This document shows, piece after piece, positions 26,710 to 40,089 of a DNA stretch of 64,000 nucleotides. The position numbers and the translations under genes were made by a program. Each line of letters starts with the position of its first letter. Position 1 is the stretch's first letter. This DNA comes from Elsinoe ampelina (lineage: Eukaryota), in the NCBI GenBank assembly GCA_010093995.1, contig ML992510.1, forward strand, positions 1,027,132 to 1,091,131, written 5' to 3'. The notes under the pieces were generated by a model that was not told where the DNA came from, did not search any database, and worked only from the letters and a program-made list of their open reading frames with translations.

Positions 26710-28119
26710 AAGAGAGCTAGAGTTAGATAATATAATAGTTATAGGTAGTACACTTATATAGTAAGAGGTTAATAAAATATAGATATATTTTAGGTAGAAA
26801 AGAAAAACATAAGAGAGAATAATAAGATTATATAGACTAACCTCTAGTATACTATATCTTTGTTATAGCTACTAGTATAAGGCGTATATCTTCTATAATA
26901 CTACTAGGAATTCTAAGAAAAGTAATATTATTACTACTAATTAGCTTTAGCGCTATAGCGACTAGATAAACGCCCTTATAGAAACTAGATCTCTAGGATT
27001 ACTACTACTAAGTAGTATATAAGATATATATAAGACTTTTATATAAATACCTTAACTACCTTAAGCCTATATTACCTCTAGAAGGCGCTATACGTTATAT
27101 ACTTCTAGTTAAGAGCTAAGGATAGCTCTCCTAGAAGAGAAGGTAATTATAAGAGCCTAGTATTAAGGTAGTACTTAGTAGTAGCTAGTTCTACTTACGT
27201 AACGTACTTACTTATCTTATATAGTACTTATGCCTTAGACTTAACAGTAATTAGTTCTACTACTAATAGACTATTTAGTTAGATAGGCGTTCTCTATATT
27301 ACGATATATATAGCTTTAATATAAGGCTTTAATAGATATATACTTCGCTAGAGAGATAAGAGTAGAGATAGGTAAACTAAGTAGCCTTAGTAGAGAAGTA
27401 GTTAGCGTTAGTACGTATCTTATTCTTTATCTAATACTTAAAAACCTTAAACTATTCTAGAGTACTACTAGAGAAAATAGTAGAGTCTAGTATCTTTTTA
27501 AACAACGTAGTACTATATATAAAGGGAGCTAGTATAGTATATTCTATCTTAGCTCTTAGCTAGGCTAGTTCGGCCTTAAGTTTACTAATATCTACGAGAT
27601 AGTACGTAGTTTAGATAGTAAGATTATTAGTAGTGCTATTAGTAGTATCTAGCTCTATTAGAATATTATCTAACTAGTTATATAGACTAAGAGTATTAGT
27701 ATATACTAAGTTACGTATAGTAACCTATTTATTATAAGTAGACTCGACAAAGACAAAGGCCTTATATAGAGTAGTTATACTATCTATCTCTTATAGCCTC
27801 TTCTTAAAGTTAGTGTCGCTAAGGTAGATAAGGTTATAATAGGCTAACTAGACTAGTTTATTATTATTATTATATAAGGGCCTAGTATTAGAGCGGCACT
27901 TAGTAGCGGCTAGTTCCGCTTACGTAACGTACCTACTTATCTTATATAGCGCTTATATCTTAAACTTAATAGTAATTAGTTCTACTACTAATAGACTATT
28001 TAGTTAGATAGGCATTCTCTATATTATAATATATATAGCTTTAATATAAGGCTTTAATAGTTCTAATTACTCCCCTATAGTTATAATCTATTAGACTCTA
28101 TAGACAACTAGAACTCTAT

Positions 28120-31100
28120 TAGCGAGGCGCTAGTACCTTATATAATTAATGTTATAGAGATAGACTTTATTAAGTAGACTTCCCTAGAGAAAGAAGAGAC
28201 TCTTACGGAGTAGCTACTATACCTATATACTAAGTATAAGCGTTTAGAGCTAGAGCTTAAGGCTTAGAGCCTCGAGGAAGAGATTAAGTAAATATACTAT
28301 ATATATAATATAGAATACTACTAAGGAGGCTTCGACTATAACTTATATACTTCTACTAAGCCTATAGTAAGTAATACTAGTACATAGAGTATATATAGTA
28401 GTAGTAGACTATTTATAAGACTATTCTCTAGATAACCTCGACTAAGGGAACTCTATCTCTACTAGAGTAAGACTCTAAAAGAGGTAAGATCCTTCCTAAA
28501 GAATCTCGAGGTTATCTTTACTCTAGCCTCTAAGGCTTATTCTACTAACTAGTAGAAGGTGCTCTATAGAGTTATATTTCTTATAGGTAAGCTAGATAAG
28601 ATATAGTATTACTACTACTACGTAGATAGCCTAGAAGGCTATACGTAGGAGCAATTCTACTAGTTTATATAGGATATAGTTAATAACTCTATTAATTATA
28701 GAGTGTATATAACTCTTATATATAAAGAAGCTTAATAATATAAGAGCTAATCTATCTAGGCCTTTACTTCGGAACTTACTACTCTTAAGGAGTAACTAGC
28801 TTTCTACTCTAAAGAGTAGAGAGTACGCTATCTTCTTACTAAGCTATAGCCTACACTACGTACTACTATTATTAAACACTATACTATTCTAGCTATACGC
28901 TAGAAGTTAGTCTCTTTAGACTTATATATCGAGTCTATAGACTATACTAGTAGTAAGTATACTATATAGAAAGATAAAAGTAACTACCTACATAAGTATA
29001 GTAGTTATAGTAGCCCCTAAGGAGAATACTACTACTAGTCCGGTAGTAACTCTTAAGCTTACTATAAGCGCGAAGCTACTAACTTATCTATTAAAGAGTT
29101 TAGTAGTTAGGGGAGTTTCTCTAATAAGTAAAAGAGAGACGCTAAGTACTATAGTTATAGTAAAACTAGTTATATTAAGCCGAAGTATAAGTCGAAGTAC
29201 CTATAGAAGAATAGTAAGTCTTAGGCAGTACGTAAGGTTACTACTATAGATAAGTCTAATAACTCTAAGTTAGAAAACTCTAAGGGCTTAGCTAAAGAGT
29301 ATAACTAAGCTCTTTCTCTCTTCTAATTAACACTTATCTATCGCTACTCTATTATAGTACTATTATAGCGCCTATAGAGTATAAAGACTATATATTTCTT
29401 ATAGACAATTATATAGAAGTTAATCTTATATCTTAGGTATTTACTCTTTGTTATAATCTGCCGAGAGTTAAGTATACTTAGTATCTAAGTATCTTCTCCT
29501 TTATAGAGTAAGCCGAATTCTACTATAGTACGTACTAGCTTCGTATATATCTAGTAGACTTCTATAGTAACCTTAGAGAGACAATTAGCCTCTTCTATAC
29601 TATAGACTTAGGACTAGGCCCTCTAGTTATTTTAGAGTGCCTATAGTAGAGAAGATAGTATATAATTATAGATAGCGCTATAGATAACTAGTTATATAGC
29701 TACTCCTTATATATAGTTTACTTACGTAAACTAGAAGACTTTATAAAGGACCTTAAGAACGAGCTAAGAGTATATACTATAGTATAGACTCTATCTAAGG
29801 ACTACACTTATGCTATAGATAACCTAGCTCTACTATTAGAGTTCGTAAAGTTCTTTAATATCTTTATCTATAAGAATATTATAAATCTACTATACCTACT
29901 AGGCGCCGAGTATATAATTAAGCTAGAGCTAGGTAAAAGGCCTCTATTCTAGCCCTTATATAATCTTTTAGTTAAGAAGCTTAAAGTGCTTAAGAACTAT
30001 CTCGAGACTACTTAATTAAATAGGTAAATTAGGCACTCTATAAGTAAGATAGGTACTTCTATCTTATTCGTACCTAAGAAAGATAGTAGTCTACGCTTAT
30101 ATATAGATTACTAGGGCTTAAACAAGATAATTATTAAGAATTGCTACCTACTTCTACTTATTAGTAAGACACTTAATTAGCTTAGGTAAGCCTAGTAGTT
30201 TTCGAAGTTAGATCTAAAGAATGTCTACTATAGGATCTCTATTAAGCGTAGTAACGAGTAGAAGACTATATTCTATATATACTATAGCTATTTTAAGTAT
30301 TTAGTTATACCTTTTAGATTAACTAACGCCCTAGCTACCTTCTAAGCGTATATTAATAAGGCGCTAGGTAGGCTAGTTAATACTATCTATATCGTCTACC
30401 TCGATAATATTCTTATCTATAGTAATTTAAGGGAGAACTATATATATTATATTTATAAGATTCTAGCGAGGCTATAGAAGTTTACTTTATATATTAACCT
30501 TAAGAAATATAAATTCTTTACTAAGGAGGTAGAATTCCTTAGCTATATTATCTCTACTATAGATGTCTTAATAGATCCTAGTAGAGTAACTATAATTAAG
30601 AATTAGCTAAGGCTAAAGAGTTATTATAAGGTCTAGTAGTTTACTAGCTTTATAAACTTCTATTATTACTTTATATAGTACTACTCTAAGATTATTACTC
30701 TCCTCTCTAGTCTTCTTAAAAGCTTAGTTAAAGGTTATAAGTATAGCTCTTTTATATAAGGTATAAGTAAATAGTAGGCATTTAAGGATATTAGGGACGC
30801 CTTTATACGTACCTCTATCCTTCGTTACTATAATTCTACGCTACCCCTATATATTAAAAGTAATACGTTAAAGTTTATAGTAGTAGTAATCCTATCCTAG
30901 CTATTTAATAGTACTTAGTACCTAATTGCCTTCTAGTTAAGGAAGTTTATCCTAGCTAAGTATAATTATAAGATATATAACTAAGAGCTATTAGTAATTG
31001 TATATATATTTAAGTAATAGCGACACTACCTCGAAGGTACCTTATATATAATTTAAGTACTTACTAACTATAATAATCTCTAAGGATTTATAAAGCTAAA

Positions 31101-32960
31101 ATAGCTAAATAGCTAATAGGCTTACTAGGCTACCTTTCTTGCTGCTTTTAACTTTATAATAGAGTATTAGCTAGGCATAAGGAACCTAGCCGATATACCC
31201 TCGAGGTACCTTAACTACGTAGTAGAAGAGTAAGAAGTATTATATCTCCTTTCTACTCTTTAGAATAAGCTTCGTATATAGGACTAAACTACTAACGTTA
31301 AGGAAGCTACTTCGCTTATTAGATATATCTACGCTATATATAAGGCTACTCTAGAATAGGCCTAGGCTACCTATATACTATATAGTAGTAACTTCTCTTC
31401 TAAGAACTTCTAGAGGCTTATAATAACCTAGTAAGTTATAGTTATAGTAACTATAAGAGAGAATCCCTTTAAAGATCTATCTACTAACCTAATATTAGTA
31501 GTAGAGCTACTATAAGGATAAGACCCCGAGATTATAAAGCTATATTTATAAGTAGAAAGTAGTAGAGATAAGAGTAAAGCGCTATAGAATATATAAGATA
31601 ATCTTCTCTTCTATAAAGAGTTACTAGTTATTGTAAATAATAGCGTACTTAAGGTGTAGGTACTATATATATACTATAATAGTAAATAGGCTAGTTACTT
31701 TAGTAAGAATAAGACGCTTAAGCTCCTATTATAGAAATACTTCTAGCTAACTATAAGAAAAGATATTAATAACTATATATAGTTATACTAAGTTTACTAG
31801 AAGTATAAGGCGCACTACTATTACCTCTATAGCGAGCTATATACGCTATCGATACTAGACTACCTATAGTAAGAAATTATAATAGATTTTATTACTAACC
31901 TACTACTAAGTAAGTAAGGTAGTAGCGTCTATAATATAGTACTAGTAATTATAGACTATTACACTAAGATGTTACTATATATCTCTACTACTAAGAAGTA
32001 TATATCTATAGAGCTAGTAGAGATCCTACGTAACTATATTATTTACTATTATAGTGTCCTAAGAGGAATAGTAAGTAATTAAGGATTAGTCTTTACTAGC
32101 TAGTTCTAGAGTAAATTCTGTTATAAAACACATATAAAGTATAGGCTTAGTATAGCCTTTTACCTATAGATAGATAGTTAAACTAAGTAGTAAAACTAGA
32201 CATTAGAATAGTACCTAAGATACTACTATATAGAGCTATAGAATAACTAGGCTAAATATCTATTACAAGCGGAATTTGTAAGTAATAATAGTATTTATAC
32301 TATACTACATATAAGCCTCTTCTAAATAATATATAGCTACTATCTAGAGTTAGAGGTAATAGCTATTAAGTCTCGAGATAAAACTTTAAAGGGAAGAGTA
32401 CTAGTAGTAGTAGAGTTAGTATAACACTTATAAGATATATATATAAAGCTAGTAGAGCAATAGAAAGAGGCTTCTACCTACTAGGCTAAGTACTATAATA
32501 GGAAGCATACGCTAAGAGTATATAGCGTAGGTAACTTAGTACTACTCTTAGCTAAGAACTTATAGCTACCTATACTAAAGAAGAAGATAGAACTATAATT
32601 CCTTAGCTTATTTTACATACTTAATATAATTAGATCGTAGGTGTATCGCCTAGCTTTACCGAGTTAGTATTACATCTATAATGTCTTTTATATATCTCTT
32701 CTTAAACTATAGATAGGTAAAGCTAGTAAGGAGCTAGAAGAGAGTATATCTCTCGCTAACGAAGTAGATAAGTAGATAGTAGAGAAGATCCTAGGTAAGA
32801 GAACTATAAAGAGTAAGGTATTCTACTTAGTAAAGTAAAAGGACTAGCCTATTAAGTTTAATAGCTAGAAATCTAAAGAGAATTATATAAATATAAGAGA
32901 GCTAATTACTATATATAAGTTATAGCTAAGAGTAGCTAAGAAAGGTTACTAAAGGTGTAG
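28120..32960 (+). pseudogene. gag-pol of B2
   Basis: Zinc knuckle ~29145-29190, protease-like motif ~29400, YLD(N)ILIY at 30397, chromodomain ~32760-32920. Boundaries approximate. Confidence 0.9.
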
Positions 32961-32999
32961 ATTATAAAGTATATAAGTAGATAAATTATATAAATATAT

Positions 33000-33937
33000 A
33001 AATAGGGTAAAGAGTAGACTTCTTACCTAGGGAAATACATTTTAATAAAGTACTATACTTACGCTACTATTATAGGTATTAACCTAAACTCTATACTCTA
33101 TTATACTCTATATAAGGCCTTATTATAGGTATAGCGCTAGAGATACGTACCTAGCTTATATATACTTACTTATCCTTACTATTCTTCTTATTTATCTCTA
33201 TACTAAGATTCTTTCCTATAGGTGCTATAGGGGCTATAAGCTACTTACTAGCTATAATATAGTTAATTTTAGTAGTAGAACTACTAGAGTTATATACTAT
33301 CTAAACCTATTAGCTATATTTATAACGTATAAGGAGCATAGTTTAACTTACCTCCTTACTAATAGTAATTAAGCTATAAAGGCTATACCTAATTTTCTAT
33401 AGCTTCTTAACCTTCTTATACTTAAGCGCGACACTACTAAGTAAGCTACCTATAGGCTCTATATAAAGAGTCGAGACCTTACTAACGACCTTATTCTTGT
33501 TAGTATAGTATGCCTTAAGTATAGTCTTAAACTTCTTAACTACGGGAATGTTCTTATAGGCTATAGTATATATATACTTCTTAGCCGCGGTAATACTAGT
33601 CTAGTTAGAGACCTTAAGCTTAGTAACTACGTTAAAGGCGTTAATATATATATTACATAGAATAGATAGAAGTAGCTTATATATATACTTACTATAGACG
33701 TAGTGTTTATACTTATAATAGAAGAAGATACTAAAGTTACCTCTAGTATAGATATAACCTACTACGAATTAGTTATATCTCTTATAAGAGCTCTATTAGC
33801 TTACCCTTAGTAACGCTATTAGTATACCTAGTATAGGTATTAGTCTCCTCTTTAGAAAGTAAGAAAGTTATAGAGTTAGCGCTAGTAGTAATAACTCTCT
33901 AGGTGCTAGTAGACCTTATACTATAAGTATTAGCTAT
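33000..33937 (-). pseudogene. Antisense spliced accessory gene of B2, Zn2Cys6-like
   Basis: Introns 33762-33804 (GTAAGC..CTAAT..TAG) and 33301-33351 (GTAAGT..CTAAT..TAG). TAY codons at Cx2C-x10-C-x12-Cx2C-x6-C spacing (33679-33835). The spliced frame is nearly stop-free. Confidence 0.7.
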
Positions 33938-34959
33938 AAGAGAGCTAGAGTTAGATAATATAATAGTTATAGGTAGTACGCTTATATAGTAAAGAGTTAA
34001 TAAAATATAGATATGTTTTAGGTAGAAAAGGAGAATATAAGAGAGAATAATAAAGTTATATAGACTAATCTCTAGTATACTATATCTTTATTATAGCTAC
34101 TAGTATAAGGCGTACGTCTCCTACGATACTACTAAGAATTCTAAGAAAAGTAATATTATTGCTACTAATTAGCTTTAGTACTATAGCGACTAGATAAACG
34201 CCTCTATAGAAACTAGATCTCTAGAATTACTATTACTAAATAGTATATAAGATATATACTAGACTTTCGTATAAATACCTTAACTACCTTAAGCCTACGT
34301 TACTTCTAGAAGGCGCTATATGTTATATACTTCTAGTTAAGAGCTAAGGATAGCTCTCCTAGAGAAGGAGGCAATTATAAGAGCCTAGTATTAGGGTAGT
34401 ACTTAGTAGCGGCTAGTTCTACTTACGTAACGTACTTACTTATCTTACGTAGCGCTTATGCCTTAAACTTAATAGTAATTAGTTCTACTACTAACGGACT
34501 ATTTAGTTAGATAGGTGTTCTTTATATTACGATATATATAGCTTTAATATAAGGCTTTAATATATTAGTAGGGAGTAGAGGGATCTTACTTATATAGTAA
34601 TTATCTTTACTATAGTTAGAGTAAGCTATACTTAGTATAGTTAGTTATAAATAAATAGTATAAAAAGTTAACGCGTAACAAAGGGAATATTAAAATTTTT
34701 TAGCTAGTAGCTTACTTCCTTTAAGAGTCGTCTATAACTTAACTTATTACCTTCTTCTTGTATTTATAGTTTATAGTATTAACCTATATAGTAGTAGTAA
34801 GGATCTATTATAGTATATGTAGGAACTATAGTTATAATAGCTTCTTCTTTAATTCTTTAATTCTTTATAAGTAGGTGTTAGTAGTTACGTAAGTAGTAGA
34901 ATAACTAGATAATTTAATAGCTCTATTACTTATTATAGTTATTTAAAGTCTCGATATAG

Positions 34960-35162
34960 TAATTATAGCTAGTAAGATAAGAGGTTAATTACGTCTATTT
35001 ATTAAGATATCGAGACTTAGAAGAAGAAGAAGAAAAGCTAGTATATAAAGCATATATAATATCGAGAGTAAAGTAGCTAAAAGCCTAAGCTATAATACTA
35101 AGATTACGTAACTAATCTAAACTAGATCCTAACTAAATCTAGTTCGTATCTATCTTATATTA
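34960..35162 (-). repeat. 5' LTR of C1
   Basis: 203 bp. Its inner flank matches that of the C2 5' LTR. Confidence 0.9.
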
Positions 35163-38100
35163 ATAGAGATAATATACTATTTTAGATTTAGTAGAGACTT
35201 CTCTAGTAACTATAACTATAACTATAGTAAGAGCTCTAAGCCTAAGTTTCTATAGTTCTAGACCTCTTCTAACTATACTACGCTAGTATACTATTATTAG
35301 TATAAGCCTTATATTTACTACTAGACTACTATATACCTTAACTACGAGTAGGCCTAGTCCTGATATATTTATAATAATAATATAGGTACTTTCCTCTACT
35401 ACTACCTCTATTAATACTTCTATACTAAATATATCTTTATATGTTTTTATTCTATATCGTTACTATAATAGCTAACCTATAGTAGTATAATGTCTCTTAT
35501 ACTTTACTTATTAAGAGTCTTATTTCGACCTAGTACGCCTTTAATACTACTATCTATATTTAGGAGTCTAATAAAGATGTAATAGAGTCCCTATATAGTA
35601 ATCTTATCCTTAAGCTAGTAAAGCTAGATAAGCTTAAAGATTTAGAGGATAGAATTAAGATAGACCTCTTATAATCTACTAGTATTATATTAGAGATATA
35701 TTATTAGACTAATATTATACTTTTTTATAATATAGACTTACTTTTTTAAATCTTAATCTTATACTATCTCTTTACTTCTCTCTTTCTCTATAGTGTAAGT
35801 TTAAGCTCTTTAAGTCTTATAAGTCTCTTACTTAATATAGTATTACTTCGCTATTATACTTAGAATAAGATCTTTCTTCTTAAAGTTCTTAATTTTGCTA
35901 ATAGTATTCTATAGATACTCTATTAGCTTCTAGCTAGCTTTCTCTTTAGAATAGCCTTTCTAAAGTACTTTATAGTAAGTCTTATCCCTAATAAGGCTTT
36001 TATTAACTACCTCTTTAACTTTATATTTTTCTTCTTTCTTAATCTCTACTAGTAGTAGAGTAATATTATTACCTTATTAATAAGCCTTAAAGAGAGATAT
36101 ATAAAAGGTTAAGTAGATTAATTTTATATATACTAGAAAGTTAAGTTAGTATACTTAGTAGCTTACTATCTTAGTAATAGTAAATAGACCTATAAACTTT
36201 ACTACTAGCTTCTTCTTTAGCTAGAGAAACTAGAGGTTCTTAGTACTTAGTATAACTTCTTAGCCTTTCTTAAACCTTATTAGCTAGTGCTTCCTATTAT
36301 AGTATACCTTCTACTACGTAATAGTGTTAAGCCTATACTACTTAAGTTCTTCTTTTATATCTTATAAAGCCTTTACTCTTACTTCTACTACTAGTACTTC
36401 TAGTAGTTATAGAGCTATCTTCTTCTCTATAGCGTTAGCCTTAACATTATTAGGGAGATATAGGACTATTCTATAAATATAATAGAGTAGGCTTACCCCT
36501 AGTAATACGCTATAGGAGCTATTATAGGTAAACTCGGTCTAATATAGCTAGTATAGCTAGTTATCTTAGTAGAAATTAATAAATACTCTTAGGTACTATT
36601 TAATTATCTAGTTCTACTTCTCTATAGCGCTATTAGTTTAAGAGTAGAATACTATTAAGAGGCGTTTCTAGACCTTCTATTTCTAGTAGAGAAATGTCTA
36701 AAATTTAGACTTAAATAGAGTACCTCTATTAGTAATCTAGCTTCTTAGGAACCTATAGCGACTAAGAATCTCTCTCTCTATAATGTTAGCTAGCTCTTAG
36801 GCCTTTATATCTTTTCTTACTAGAATATATCTAATATATTTAGACACTCTATCTACTAGGACTAAAATTAAATTAGTAATAGAGCTCTATTAGTCCTTCG
36901 CTAGAGATAAATTAGTAATAAAGTCTATTAACTAATACTAGAGTACTTCTCTAATAGGGAGTAATCTTAGAGTCTATATTTTACTATAGGGCTAATATTA
37001 AGAAACTTTTATTCTTTAGTACTTATTATAGTAATTTATATATATAGTAATATCTATTATTATACCCTTCTAATAGTACTTCTACTTTAGTATAAAGAGT
37101 ATCTTTTCTATTCTAAGGTAGTCTACTATTAGATTATTATAATTCCTACGGAGTATCTCTATAGTTAGCATTTTTATAGCTAGAATAAAGACTTTATCTT
37201 AGAATAGTAGGACGCTATTATTCTACTATCTCTAGCTCTCTTTCTTAGTAGTCTCTCTTTCTTTAGGATTACTAAGACGCTTTAGTATTATCTTTACTAT
37301 TATATCTTACTACTATAGTCTCTTTACTAGACTAAGTAGCCTCGGTAGTGCCTCTTTATATATATTATCTTTTTTTGTAGCTTTTATATATAGATATCTA
37401 AGACTAGTAAGTTCTCTATAATCTCTCTATAATCTCTCTACTATAGTTATCTATAGAGAATAGTAAAAGGAACTACTTACCTCTAGAGAAGTAGACCTAC
37501 TATCTCTACCCTTATAGAGAGCTATCTTAGCTTTCGTATCTATATCTAGTATCTCGTCTTAGGCTATAATACTCTCTTAGGTATCTTTAGATCTTCTAGT
37601 ATACTCTACTTTACTATACTATCTTAGTAAGAAGTCCTTAGTAACTACTAAGTTTATATCTAGTATCTTACCTTATATATCTTAGGTTAACTTAACCTAC
37701 TTAGCTACTATTATAGTGTTAAGGAGGAAATATCTCTCTAGTCTCTTATATAAGTCTCTTAGGACCTATAGGTATAAGTCTACCTTAGCTTACTTATCTC
37801 TAGTATCTAGGTCTAGCCTCCTTAATAGTCTATTAGTAGAATTAAGCTTCTCTAGGTTATAAGTAATCTAGATATTATATTATAATAGCTCTTTACTAAT
37901 ATAGGTCTATCGAGCTAAAAGTGTCTTAGTTATTAAGAAGTATTTTAGGTTATTATAATCTATAAATATAGTAGTAGTAGAAGAAATAGAGAGGAGATAC
38001 TACTACTAGTAGTATACTATCTCGAGAATAGTAAGTAGCTCTTAGTTATATATAGGCTAGTTTAACTCTATTCTCTATAGTTTTCGTAAATAGTATATAA

Positions 38101-39870
38101 TAGAGTACTATTAGACTATCTTCTTCTTAATATTACTAAATAGTTATATAGTAATTCTAGAGATAGTAAATCTAGAGGAGTTAGTATATATTCTTATATC
38201 TTTACTTTTATTAAAAAACTATAGAAGAGAAGTAGTTATAAAGTAGTCTTTAAAATGTTAAAATAATTATCTAGTACTATTAGTAAAGTAGAAAGGACTT
38301 ATCTATTTTCTATTTTTACTCCCTATAAGTAGTTAGGTTATAGGTCTTATTATCTCTATATAGCTATTAATAAACTATTAGTAAAAGTTTATAAATCTAA
38401 GAAAGATTTAAAGTTCTTTTAAGGAAGTAGGTTATAGCTAATCTATAATAGCTTAAACTCTCTAGAGCTCTATTAAGATACTCTTAGGGCCTAGAATATA
38501 TTCTAGAAACTATACTTCCTTAACTTTAAAGATATACTTAGAAGCCTTTATAAAAAGAAAATACTTTCTAAGTTACTCTAGAACTTCCTTAATATACCTA
38601 TAGTACTATAATAGATCTTAGGAGTAGATAAGAATATTATCTATATAGATAATATAGTAGTAATTAACTAAGCTATTAAGGTATTAGCTAATATATAACT
38701 AGAAGGTAGTAGAAGTATTTATAAGGCTAAAAGGTATAACTATATATTTAAAATGTCTATATCTATATTAGAACGCTATCTTCTATTCGTTACCCCCTTT
38801 AATCTAGATATAGTAGTATATATCTCTAAGATCTATTTTTAAGTATATCTTTACTCTCTAGATTCTATCGAGTATCTTAGTAATAAGAGGTAAAGAGTAG
38901 TAGTTCTTTACTAAGACATTATTAAGACCTTAGTAGTTAACGTAGAGATATAGTAACTTATTAGCCTTAGGCATAAAGAGAATAGAAGCCTCTATAAAGC
39001 TAGTAGAGTAGCAAATATAGCCTAGCTTTAAATTCTTAGCTAGGTACTCTCTAAGAGTACTTAGCTCTATTTCTATAAGGGTGTAAATAGATCTCTATAG
39101 AGGTTACTTCTCTTTAATAAGTTTAATTAAGTAGTTATATAGCGCTAGAGAGGATATAGTAATAGCTTTCTTATTATTAAATATATCTAAGAAGTTATAG
39201 AGCTAGCTTAGAAGCCTACTCTATTAGTAACGTTAGAGTATTATCTTTATAAATTATATTTAAGAAAACTATATAGTACTATAGCTACTCTAACATTTCC
39301 TTAGTAAATTCTTCTACTATTAGGAGCGTTATATTAACACTAGTAGAGTAATATCTCTACCTCTAGCTTTACTAATTAATATCTAGGTTAATACTAAAGA
39401 GCTATATCTAGCTTAGTACTAAGTTATATCCCTTTATCTCTACTAACTCGAAGTACTATCGAATCTCCTTTATAACGCTATAGTAGTTAGTAGCTTCTAC
39501 TATAAGATAGTAGTATCTATATAAGTATATCTTATACTAGTTAAGGGACTTTACTCTTATTACGCTATTAGTATATAGGTAGACTTCTTTCTTCTTTATA
39601 TAATAGTAGTTAATAAAACAAATATTAGCCTCTAAATCTATAAGAGATATAGCTATATAATTAGTAAATAGAGCTCTACCTTTCTAACTAAGGTAAATAT
39701 CTATCCTTAGTTAGCTTAGTAGTAGACCTCCTTTAGATACTTCTAGCTATATAGAGGCGAGATCTATAGCTAGAGTATTTAGTTTTTTATCTTATTATAA
39801 GAGTAGTTAGAGTAGATATAGCTAGGTTACTTACATCTATAGTACTTTACCTCTAAGAAGTTAAGGTAAT
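35163..39870 (-). mobile_element. Basal Gypsy H: pol remnant (protease ~39630, RT, RNase H, integrase, chromodomain ~35885-36020) and part of its 3' region
   Basis: On the minus strand: LID(L/S)(E/G)ANICF protease motif, YID(N)ILIYS near 38635, and YKVL*KGYSKE.AS*.. chromodomain motif. Continues at 63689 across TSD GTAAT. Confidence 0.85.
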
Positions 39871-40089
39871 TAATTATAACTAGTAAGATAAGAAGTTAAT
39901 TATATCTATTTATTAAAATATTAAGACTTAGAAGAAGAAGAAGAAAACTAGTATATAAAGTACATATAATATCGAGGGTAGAGTAGCTAGAAGCCTAGGC
40001 TATAATACTAAAATTATATAACTAATCTAAACTAGATCCTAACTAAATCTAGTTTATAATTTATCTTATATTACTACTTTCTCTCTTAA

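Larger units (their letters stand above)
13397..27334 (+). mobile_element. Gypsy family B copy B1, interrupted in gag by element A
   Basis: 187-bp LTRs at 13397-13583 and 27148-27334. TSD AGTAT/GATAT, both derivable from the GGTAT at the empty site in C2 near 62535. Collinear with B2. Confidence 0.95.
27873..34562 (+). mobile_element. Full-length Gypsy family B copy B2, 6690 bp
   Basis: 187-bp LTRs at 27873-28059 and 34376-34562. Perfect TSD TATTA. Purine tract before the 3' LTR. Confidence 0.95.
3743..35162 (-). mobile_element. Gypsy family C copy C1; own segments 3743-4673, 12129-13396, 27335-27872, 34563-35162; 5' LTR 34960-35162; 3' half lies left of the window
   Basis: Joined across the insertions, the segments are collinear with C2 (42795-43859 plus 61406-63688). 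The 203-bp LTR matches 39871-40073 and 63486-63688. Confidence 0.9.

Noticed and set aside
35270..35400. Minus-strand Cys-like pattern downstream of the H chromodomain
   Set aside because: The spacing is not convincing, it is not linked to an open pol frame, and TAT runs are common after RIP.
34960..40073. Apparent complete element bounded by C LTRs at 34960-35162 and 39871-40073
   Set aside because: These are the 5' LTR of C1 and the 3' LTR of C2. PBS, purine tract and TSD positions point outward, and the pol between them belongs to H.
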